NCBI RefSeq assembly: GCF_964194155.1
Contig: NW_027597459.1
Location: 1-64,000, forward strand
Direction of reading: 5' to 3'
DNA: 64,000 nucleotides
Source of the DNA: Cetorhinus maximus
Taxonomy: Eukaryota
Part shown: piece by piece, positions 1-11,000 of the stretch
Position numbering within the stretch: position 1 is the first letter of the stretch
Layout of the letters: each line of letters starts with the position of its first letter
Program-made: the position numbers and the translations under genes
Notes under the pieces: generated by a model
Told to the model about the DNA's origin: nothing
The model's input: the letters and a program-made list of their open reading frames with translations, nothing else
Database searches by the model: none

Positions 1-1011
1 GACAGGTACAGCACGGGGTTAGATACAGAGGAAAGCTCCCTCTACACTGTCCCCATCAAACACTCCCAGGGCAGGTACAGCACGGGGTTAGATACAGAGT
101 AAAGCTCCCTCTACACCGTCCCCATCAAACACTCCCAGGACAGGTACAGCACGGGGTTAGATACAGAGTAAAGCTCCATCTACACCGTCCCCATCAAACA
201 CTCCCAGGGCAGGTACAGCACGGGGTTAGATACAGAGTAAAGCTCCCTCTACACTGTCCCCATCAAACACTCCCAGGACAGGTACAGCACGGGGTTAGAT
301 ACAGAGTAAAGCTCCCTCTACACAGTCCCCATCAAACACTCACAGGACAGGTACAGCACGGGGTTAGATACAGAGTAAAGCTCCCTCTACACGGTCCCCA
401 TCAAACACTCCCAGGGCAGGTACAGCACGGGGTTAGATACAGAGTAAAGCTCCCTCTACACTGTCCCCATCAAACACTGCCAGGGCAGGTACAGCACGGG
501 GTTAGATACAGAGTAAAGCTCCCTCTACACCATCCCCATCAAACACTCCCAGGACAGGTGCAGCACGGGGTTAGATACAGAGTAAAGCTCCCTCTACACT
601 GTCCCCATCAAACACTCCCAGGACAGGTACAGCACGGGGTTAGATACAGAGTAAAGCTCCTCTACACCTTCCCCATCAAACACTCCCAGGGCAGGTACAG
701 CACGGGGTTAGATACAGAGTAAAGCTCCCTCTACACTGTCCCCATCAAACACTCCCAGGACAGGTACAGCACGGGGTTGGATACAGAGTAAAGCTCCCTC
801 TACACAGTCCCCATCAAACACTCCCAGGACAGGTACAGCACGGGGTTAGATACAGAGTAAAGCTCCCTCTACACCTTCCCCATCAAACACTCCCAGGGCA
901 GGTACAGCACGGGGTTAGATACAGAGTAAAGCTCCCTCTACACCTTCCCCATCAAACACTCCCAGGACAGGTACAGCACGGGGTTAGATACAGAGTAAAG
1001 CTCCCTCTACA
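1..1011 (+). repeat. 69-bp tandem array (~14.5 copies), dispersed minisatellite family
   Basis: Unit GACAGGTACAGCACGGGGTTAGATACAGAGTAAAGCTCCCTCTACACTGTCCCCATCAAACACTCCCAG repeats head-to-tail from the window edge; the same unit recurs at 8422, 19369 and 61681. Confidence 0.95.
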
Positions 1012-1269
1012 TGGACACTAAAAGTTAGGGAGGTTCTCCCAGCGTGTCGGGGGCAAAGGTTCCTCCTTTACCCCAGTCCACGCTTTACAGATGTTGAGTG
1101 TGGGGGGATCCCACTTTGTGCAGGAGGTGGGGGATTTTGCATTGTGCAACTTTAAATGCGGGCACACGCAGAACTTCAAGGATGGAGGAATTGGGCTCGG
1201 ATCGCACATTCGGGACAGCAGAACGGCAAAAAGAGTGACACTGAGTCCTTCTGAAAAAATATACAATTC

Positions 1270-1875
1270 TCGGGGCTGCGCCGCTTTAAGAGGGCGGGGC
1301 GAGCATACCGGAACTGACGTTCGGAGGCGGCGGCGGTGTTGTTTAAAGGGTCGCACGGACGTGACGTCGGGCGGCGGGGGTGTCTGAGGGAGGAAAAGGG
1401 TCGAGCGGATGTGGTGTCAGTACGGGGGGGGTGAAGGGTTAAACGGAAGTGCGCGTCCATCTTGGTTGAAGGCGACGTTTTACCGGAGAGACCGGCGGAG
1501 AGGAAAATCCTCTGGTTAACGGGAGCGCGCCCCCCCTCCCCGAGACACCAAGAGTCAGAGGAGTGCGCGTCCCCGGTGGAGGAAGAAACGCGCCTTCGCA
1601 GTCCGATTGACTGCGCGCTCCCGATAAGCGGGGCGCATTCCCGTGGCCGAATAAGACGCTGCGGACGTTTTCGCGCGCTCTCGAGAGGGGCCGGTGCGCG
1701 ATCCCGATAATATTACCTACCCGGAATGTAAGCGCGTGCGCACGCACTCCCTGCGCCGCGCGTCCCCGAGTGTTCGAGCGCGCTCCTTGTTCTAGTGCCC
1801 GCGCGCGCTCGAGGGTCTAGTGCGCGTTCCTGGTATATACATTGCGCGCGCGCCCCCGCCCAGGGCCTGGGACCA
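1270..1875. promoter_or_regulatory. CpG-island promoter of SART1
   Basis: CpG-dense; GC box GGGCGGGG ~1292, CRE-like TGACGTC ~1362, ETS CGGAAGTG 1444-1451, YY1-like CCATCTT 1457-1463, NRF1-like GCGCGTGCGC ~1732; directly upstream of ACCATGG at 1875. Confidence 0.75.
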
Positions 1876-2079
1876 TGGGCTCCTCCAAGAAGCACCGGGA
1901 GCGCGAGCGCGGCGCCGAGGACTCGGGCCGACACAAGAAGCACAAACACAAGGAGCGGAAGCAGCGGGCGGCGAGCCGGGAGCGGGAGGGTCGCCGGCAC
2001 CGGGACAGGGAGCGCCGGGCGGCTCCGGGGGACAGTCAGCCCGAGCGGCGCATCAAGAAGGAGAAGACCGAGGAGACAG
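1875..2079 (+). CDS. SART1: SART1 exon 1
   Basis: Kozak ACCATGG; [12 protein letters not shown]...KKEKTEET; donor AG|GTCAGA, phase 1. Confidence 0.88.
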
Positions 2080-5000
2080 GTCAGAGAGAGAGAGAGACCC
2101 CGCCTTGGTGGGGGGGGGTGGTGGCTGAGGAGGAGGGGGTGAAATGGGCGTCACTGTGGAGGAGGGGGAGTGACTGAGGTGGGGTGGGGGGGAATGGGAG
2201 GTGACTGAGGTGGGGGGGAATGCGGGCGGGGGGGGGTGGTGGCGGAGGAGGGGAAGGGGGAACGAGGGGATGACGGAGGAGAGGTGGGGGGGCAAAGGGA
2301 GGTGACAGAGGAGAGGGGGGGAACGGGGGGTGACGGAGGAGAGGACGGGGGGGTGACGGGGGGGTGACGGAGGAGAGGAGGGGGGAACGAGGGGGGTGAC
2401 GGAGGAGAGGAGGGGGGAACGGGGGGGTGACGGAGGAGAGGAGAGGAGGGGGGAACGGGGGGTGACGGAGGAGAGGAGGGGGGAACGGGGGATGACGGAG
2501 GAGAGGAGGGGGGGAACGGGGGATGACAGAGGAGAGGAGGGGGGGAACGGGGGGGGTGACAGAAGAGAGGAGGGGGGGAACGGAGGAGAGGAGGGGGGAA
2601 CGGGGGTGACGGAGGAGAGAGGGGAGAACGGGGGGTGACGGAGGAGAGAGGGGGGAACGGGGGGTGACGGAGGAGGGGAACGGGGGTGACGGAGGAGGGG
2701 AACGGGGGGTGACGGAGGAGGGGAACGGGGGGTGACGGAGGAGGGGAACGGGGGGTGACGGAGGAGGGGAACGGGGGGCGACGGAGGAGGGAACGGGGGG
2801 CGACGGAGGAGGGGAACGGGGGGCGACGGAGGAGGGGAACGGGGGGCGACGGAGGAGGGGAACGGGGCGACGGAGGAGGGGAACGGGGGCGACGGAGGAG
2901 GGGAACGGGGGCGACGGAGGAGGGAACGGGGGGCGACGGAGGAGGGGAACGGGGGGCGACGGAGGAGGGGAACGGGGGGCGACGGAGGAGGGGAACGGGG
3001 GGCGACGGAGGAGGGGAACGGGGGGCGACGGAGGAGAGGAGAGGGGGGTGACGGAGGAGGAGAGGAGAGGGGGGTGACGGAGTGGGGGAACGGGGGGTGA
3101 CAGAGGAGAGGGGACCGGGGGGTGACGGAGGAGAGGAGAGGGGGGAACGGGGGGTGACGGAGGAGAGGAGAGGGGGGAACGGGGGGTGACGGAGGAGGGG
3201 AGAGGGGGGAACGGGGGGTGACGGAGGAGAGGAGGGGGGAACGGGGGGTGACGGAGGAGGGGAGAGGGGGGAACGGGGGGTGACGGAGGAGGGGAGAGGG
3301 GGGAGACGGAGGGGGGGAGACGGAGGAGAGGAGGGGGGGAGACGGAGGGGGGGTGACGGAGGAGAGGAGATTGGGGGTGAGGGGGGTGACTGAGTGGGGG
3401 TTTGGGTGGCTGAGGGGATGGGGTTGTCCATGTGATCTGGTTGTCCGAGGGGTTTGGTTTGGGATGGGGTTAATCGTGCGTTATACAGGGTTGTGGCTAA
3501 TTGTTGTGGGTTTTCTGGATACCTATAAAATGGGGGTGGGCGATTGTGTTTTCTGTCACACGTTAATTAAATCTCTTCCTACCTCACATTCTCTCAACTT
3601 TCAGCTCCTGGGACGAAATCGGGTGCTGCGAATGCCTCTCTGAGCATCGAAGAGACGAAGTGAGTGAATATCACCGTAACTGGCCCCTCCTCTCCGAGCA
3701 GTGAATTTACAGCACAGAAACAGGCCCATCGGTTCCATGCCGTTGTTATGGGCCATGTGAACTCCCACCCCAGCTTCATCTCACCCTGTCTTCTCTGAAT
3801 AGTCACTGAGGACCAGTGCAGTGTCAGCCATAACTTAGTGTGTTGTACACTTCTCTCTCTCGCTCGTGCGGGTGCACGATCTCTCTTCCCTGCTGCCGCT
3901 GCTACCCCACCCCACGAGTCAGAAGGTTGTGAGTTTGAGTCTCACTCCGGAGACTTGACCACAAAATCCAGGCTGACACTCCCGGTGCTGTACTGAGGGA
4001 GTGCTGTACTGTTGGAGGTTCCGTCTTTCGGATGGGACGTTAAACTAGGACCCCCTCTGCCCACTCGGGTGGACGTAAAAAAGAATGCAACAGCTGATAT
4101 GGGAAGACAAACAGGGGAGTTCTCCCCGGTGTCCTGGGGCCAATATTCATCTCCCAACCAGCATTCATGATGCAGATGACCTGGGTCATTCTCACATTGA
4201 TGTTTGTGGGAGCTTGCTTTGCATAAATTGGCTACCAAGTTTTCTACATTACGCCGGTCACTGTGTTTCAGAAGTGTTTCATTAGCTCTGATACTATGTA
4301 TGTGTAGATATATATGCCACTGTGTAACAATGGAATTCTTTCTAATTGTTCTCCTGTGTTCCCTACAGCAAGCTGAGGGCCAAACTTGGGCTGAAGCCAC
4401 TGGAGGTACATGAATCCAAAAAGAGTGAGTGAAATTTTGACCCGTTTCCTTCTCGAAATAAGAGTGCACTGTTTGTGGGGGGGGTTGATGAGAATCAGAG
4501 TATCAGTAAGATTGAATAGAGGGGATGCGGAGGAGGTTTACCAGGGATGAGAGAGACTTCGGTTCATGGGCAGAAACTGGAGAAGCTGGGATTTTTCACC
4601 TAGGAGCAGCGGAAGTTGGGGGGGTAGATTTAAGAAGCATTCACAATCAGGAATGGTTACGATAGAGTGAATAAGGAGAAACTGTTTCCAGCGGCAGGAG
4701 GGTCGGTAACCAGAGGGACACAGATTTTAAGAGAATCGGTGAAAGAACCAAAGTGGGAGATGAGAATGTTTGTACACGGCGAGTTGCTGTGACCTGGAAG
4801 GCGCTGCCTGAAAGGGCGGTGGAAGCAGATTCAACAGGAACTTTCAAAAGGGGGAATTGGATAACTGCTTGGAAACTAAAAGATTTGCAGGGCTATGCGG
4901 GGGAGGAGCGGGTGGGTTGGTGGGGGGGCGGGGGGTGAGAGTGGGACTAACTAGATAGAGCTTTCAAAGAGCTGGCACAGGCACGATGGACCGAATGGTC

Positions 5001-8000
5001 GTCTCATGCGCTGAGAGAGAATGAAGACTAGGTAGGTGGAGAAGATGCCAACCCGGGGGGGTTTAGATAGCCTTCTGGGGAAGACTGCGGGAGGGCAATT
5101 GTTTGAGTTTGAGACCTGGGGAAGGATATTGGAGGTGCTGTGAGGATTCTGGATTTGAAGGTGGGCACTGTTTTTGAGATTAGTATTGGAGGGAGCACCA
5201 GCAGCAGCTTTCCCCTTTGCTTTAACATTGCCTCTCCCACGACTCACTGGGCCGCACCCTCTCGATGCTGAGCCAGGAGGCTTGTGGGCCCGTCACACCC
5301 CAGAGGCTCAAGGCTGTAATCCAGGCCGACGCTCCTGGTGCCAGCACCAAAGGAGGGCCGTGCTTCTGGGGTGGGGGTGCGGGGGTGACATCTTATAGGT
5401 GAGACGTTAAGCCGAGGCTCCTCCCAGGTGGATGTAAGAGATCCCACACCCGGCCACTTACTGGGAGGAGAGTCTGGGAGTTCCCCCCTCCGATGCTTAT
5501 CCCTCGTTCCCCCGTCACTGCTGATTGTCACGCCGCTGTGGGTGGGATCTTGCTGTGCGCAAATTGGCTGCTTTCGCACGTAATGTAACCATTCGGCCCA
5601 TTGTGCCTGTGCCAGCTGTTTGAAAGTTCTATCCAGTTAGTCCCACTTATCCCCCGCCTCCCACTCCCCACCTGCTCTTTCCTCCCATAGCCCTGCAAAT
5701 CTTTTAGTTTCCAAGTATTTATCCAATGTAGCAGTGACACGCCGCATTGCCTGTGCGGTGCCTCATGACACCTGGGGGTGGTGAAAGACTCTGTAGAAAC
5801 GTGTGTTCATTTTTCCCCCCTCCCCCTCCCTCTCTCTTTCTGTCTCTCTCTCTCTCTCTCCTTTCGCAGACGAGGTCGGGACGAAAGAGGACCCGGTTCT
5901 TGTCCCGGCGATTAACCCCCTCGCCGCGAAGCAGCAAGAAGACATCCGGGTGAAGCTTGCCGCTCTGAAGGAAAAGCGCCTCCTGAACCAGAAGCTAGGG
6001 TAGGTCTGAGAGACTTCCATATCCCTCTGGGCTCTGTGTCGCTGTGAATTCTGATTGGGGGGAGATGGTGACGTAGTGGTAACGTCACTGGACTAGGACT
6101 CCAGAGGTCCCAGGCTAATTCTCTGAGGACACGGGTTCAAATCCCACCACGGCAGCTGGTGAAATTTAAATCCCAATACTAATATATATATATAAAACTA
6201 GTCTCAGTAACGGTGACTGTGAAACTGTCATCGATTGTTCTAAAAAAAAACCCACCTGGTTCACTTTAGGGAAGGAAATCTGCCGTCCTTACCCGGTCTG
6301 GCCTACATGTGACTCCAGACCCCACAGCGAATGTGGTTGACTCTTAAACTGCCCTCTGAAATGACCTGGCAAGCCACCCGGTTCCAGGGCAATGAGGGAT
6401 GGGCAACACATGCTGGCCTTGCCAGCGACGCCCACATCCCGTGAAAGAATAAAGAAATAAAAGAATGGGCGGAGGAGGGGGAGTTTAATGAACATCTGCC
6501 TGACGGGTATGTTTACAGACAGTATCCCCAGTGACAGTAAATTCAATGATGTGGTGTGCCTGAGGCGGGGTGGGGGGATCCTTGTCTCATTGTTTGCTGA
6601 TGCTTCATCCTGAGATGTTTTCTTGGCCGTTTTGTCAGTGGTGGTTTGCTGTTGACTTCCACTCTCGGGAGCAGGGCAAAGAGGCAAGTCCCAAGTCCAC
6701 CTCAGCTGGAACAGGAATTGAACCCACCCTGTTGTTGTTAGTCTGAACCATGCGCTAGCCACCCAGCCAACTCAGCGAAGCCAGTCGATTCAATAGTAAC
6801 ACTGGGCTACAGTACATTCATTCATCTGTGGGATGTGGACGTTGCAAAACATTTATTGCCCATGCCTGGATGAGTACGGTTCCAACAACAACTCTTGAGA
6901 AGCTCGACACCATCCAGGACAAAACAGCCCGCTTGTTCGGCATCCCATCACCCCACCACCACCTTCAACATTCACTCCCTCCACCACCGACGCACAGTAG
7001 CAGCAGTGTGTGTACCATCTACAAGATGCACTGCAGCAACTCACCAAGGCTCTTCCAACAGCACCTTCCAAATCCACAACCTCTACCATCTAGAAGGACA
7101 AGGGCAGCAGACACATGGGAACACCACCACCTGCAAGTTCCCCTCCAAGTCACTCACCATCCTGACTTGGAAATATATCGGCTGTTCCTTCACTGTCGCT
7201 GGGTCAAAATCTTGGAACTCCCTCCCTGACAGCGCTGTGGGTGTACCTACACCACATGGACTGCAGCGACTCAAGAAGGCAGCTCACCCCCACCTTCTGA
7301 AGGGGCAATTAGGGATGGGCAATGAATGCTGGCCCCTGCCCTCGCCCGCCTCTCACTGACAAATAATTATTTTTTTTCTTTTTTAAACGTTGTCGATTCT
7401 GCAAAGTTTGACTTGCCCTGTGTTTCCTGGCAGGAAAGTGAAATCTTTGGGAGACGACGATGCCTGGCTTGACAATGCCATGGCCTGGGTGGAGAAGAGC
7501 AGGAAACTGCAGAGAGAGAAGGAGATGGCTGAGAAGAGGGTGAGTGGGGGCAATGGGGTCACAACCTGCTGACACTGCACAAACACTTCCCCCCCCCACA
7601 GCTGAGGACGCAGGGACCCCCGGAGGAACCTGGGCCACCAGGAGTGGAGATTTGGACCGTTTTGTGTGCACGTGTGTCGTGCATCAGCAGCAGCCCGAGC
7701 CACCGCCAAGATGCAGTCCAATTATTTACAATGTCTTTTCAGTTGAAGACCTTTTCCTCGATCCCTTTTTTGGGCTCAGTGAATAATGTATGATCTTTTG
7801 TAAATTGATTCCAGGCGAAACTCCTTGAGGAGATGGACGAAGAGTTTGGCATCAGCAACATTATCGAGGAGGAATTGCAAACCCAGAGACAGGTGAGGGG
7901 GGCTTGGTGTTTTTTGGGGCTTGGGGGAGGTGGGGTGCATGAGCCTGAATGTTGCTGGGACAGGGGTCAGGACGCTTTCACCCCACCTCTCCCAACCCCA

Positions 8001-11000
8001 CCAACCACCACTGAGACAAACCCTGTAAAGGGAATTGTGGGGGAAGGGGGCTGGCATTAATTCAGAGTGCAGAGGCTGCCCGGCGTTGGTGTTGGGGAAT
8101 GGAGGTGAACAAAGGATCACTGTACATCGCAAACTCTGCATTGTTGGAGGGGCGGGAAAGGTGGGGGTTTGGGGTCCTGTGTTGCGGATGGGAGATTGCT
8201 CAGGGAGCTGTGACCAGTGTACGTCCCAGTTGAAGTGGGGGTGAATGGGCGGTGGCTTCCACGGGCAGTGCAGTGTGGCTTGGTGCTCTCGCCCAGGAGA
8301 GGGACACGCACAGAGAATATTATTAGTCTTATATCCCATCCCATCATCTGGATGTGACGGGGGTGGCGGGGTCTGTGGTTACTAACTCCTTTGTCCTTCA
8401 ACCAAGGTTTGAGAACCGTTCCTGTATCTAACCCCGTGCTGTACCTATCCTGGGAGTGTTTGATGGGGACAGTGTAGAGGGAGCTTTACTCTGTATCTAA
8501 CCCCGTGCTGTACCTGTCCTGGGAGTGTTTGATGGGGACAGTGTAGAGGGAGCTTTACTCTGTATCTAGCCCCGTGCTGTACCTGTCCTGGGAGTGTTTG
8601 ATGGGGACAGTGTAGAGGGAGCTTTACTCTGTATCTAACCCCGTGCTGTACCTGTCCTGGGAGTGTTTGATGGGGACAGTGTAGAGGGGGCTTTACTCTG
8701 TATCTAACCCCGTGCTGTACCTGTCCTGCGAGTGTTTGATGGGGACAGTGTAGAGGGAGCTTTACTCTGTATCTAACCCCGTGCTGTACCTGTCCTGGGA
8801 GTGTTTGATGGGGACAGTGTAGAGGGAGCATCACTCTGTACCTAACCCTGTGCCGTGTGATAAGGGCTCCACTGTGTAGGAGTATATAAAATTTTCAAAT
8901 GTTGTCTACCTCCCTAACTTGCTCCAAGATTCCTAGTGTAAAGGGAATATTCGGAGGTGTTGACCTGGTAGGATATCAGTCCTGGTGAATACAATCTGTC
9001 ATTGGAACTTTGTAGGGGTTCATTCAAGATGCATACCCACCAATTTTGGTTTCCCCCAATAAGATCCACCCTTAAACTGAAAATCCCACCCTCAGCCCCA
9101 ACCTGAAACCTAGACTAGTTTGAAATAGGAAGGATTCATCGCTACCACGGCCGCCGTTTATTGTCCCATCCCTCAATGCCCTGTGACGGTGTCACGTGGC
9201 AACCAAGTGGCATACCCGGCCAGGACAGAGGGTGGCTAAGAGACAGCCCGCCGTTCGTTCCAGGGTCTGGAGTCACATACAAGGCCCAGACTGTGTTGGT
9301 ACAGCAGGTTCCCCAATGGGACATTCATGAATATTTGGGCTTTTTGCGACAATCTGGCAGCTGCGCGGTCCCTTTTCCTGGTCCCAGCCTTTCACTCACG
9401 CCTGAATTTGGATCCCCCAGTTGCTTTGTTTGGGATCTGAACTCCCGTTCCCCGGATTATCATTAGTCCCAGCCTGTGCATTCCTAGTTAAGTCGCATAG
9501 CCACTGGACCCTCGTGCCCCCTTATTGACTGCATTCCCACTCCCAGAACCTAATGGGGGCTGACTCGTTATTTGAGCTTATCCAAGCCGGAAGCGGCTTC
9601 ATCGTCTTCTGTGGTCCTGTCACGGCCGAATAGTCCGATGTGAGACCTGCATGGACGTTTTTTTTTTTTTGCTATTTTTTTCGTTTACAGGATGCGGGCG
9701 TCGCTGGCTAGGCCGGCATTTATTGCCCGCCCCTGAATGCCCCTTGAGAAGATGGTGGCTCTCCTGGCAGTTCATATTGTCGTTGTTGGTGCTTGGGGGG
9801 GACTTGTCCGACTGTGCCACCTTTGACCTGCGTCTGGGCACGTCGGATGTTGCGAGTTTGGCGGAGATGGTCCTTGGAGCGCGCTGAATGAAATTTCAGC
9901 GCTTGCCTGCACGCTCGTCCGCAGTGTTCTCCCAAGGATGAGGCGCAGTGCAGAGGTTTGTCAGGCTGTTTTTATCTTGGGCGTTCCTGCATCGTTTGTA
10001 CTGAGCACCTCGATGGTTGTTTGGCCTGGGTCACTGTTTAAAAATAAGGGGTTGCCCATTTAAGACCGAGATGAGGAGGAGCCTTTGTCTTTGAGGGTAG
10101 GGAGCCTTTAGAACTCTCTTCCTCCAAAAGGCAGCAGAAGCAGAGGCTTTGATTATTTTTAAGGCCAAGCTGGATAGACTCTTGATGAACAGGGGGGAGA
10201 GGGGGGGCGAAAGGTTATTGGGGGTAGGCGGGAGGTTACATTAAGATCGGCCATGATCTTATTGAATGGCGGAGCAGGCTCCAGGGGCCGTGTGGCCCAG
10301 TCCCCTTAGTTCGTGTGTTCTGAGACAGTTCCCCTAGTAGATCTGCTTGGGGCTTCTGCAGTCAGAACCTGCCCCTCGAAGTTGAATTTTCTGGAGGGTG
10401 GGTCCCCGTGCTGTTGAACCCGGCGCCCCGAGGGACCTTGTTGTTTGTGAAAGAAAGGCGGCAGTGTGAAAGAGCTTAGCTCGTGGCAGAAGAAGAATGT
10501 CGCTATTGACAACGGTGTGCCCTAGGTGCGTTCCGTGACAGCGGGCGATCAGAGTTTGAGAGCCCACAGCAGGACCGTGATGGTAACCACTTTACTGCCC
10601 TCTCTCTTTCCAAGTCTGCTTACACGTCCCAGGACCTGCAGGGGCTGACTGTCCAGCACAGTATTGAGGCTTTCAAGGAGGGAGAGGCGGTCGTGCTGAC
10701 CCTGAAGGACAAAGGTAAGCGGGGCGAGGGAAATGAAAATTAAAACCCTTTTTAAAAAAACCAGCCAGCATCAGGTAACGTTGGGAAGCAAGTCTTCCAG
10801 AAAAAAAATTGAACCCCGCCCCTCCCCAGAAGAGAAAAAAGATCGAAATATTCAAAATGTGAGGATTTTCATTGGGTAAGGGTTACGGCTGGTAAATAGA
10901 GTTAAGATTACACATCAGCCAGGATTTAATTGAATGGTAGAACAGGTTCGAGGGGCTGAATGGCCTCCCTGTGAACAGCCAATGATCAAGCTGCACCCAC

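Noticed and set aside
1176-1460. 94-aa minus ORF starting at the YY1-like AAGATGG
   Set aside because: No recognisable protein; typical of GC-rich promoter sequence.
2151-3431. 426-aa Pro/Ser-rich minus-strand ORF
   Set aside because: Translation of a low-complexity array that lacks stops by composition; lies antisense in SART1 intron 1.
6060-6160. Possible tRNA genes here and at 45390-45470 and ~54090
   Set aside because: Only A/B boxes; no cloverleaf; continuous with SINE/LINE bodies.
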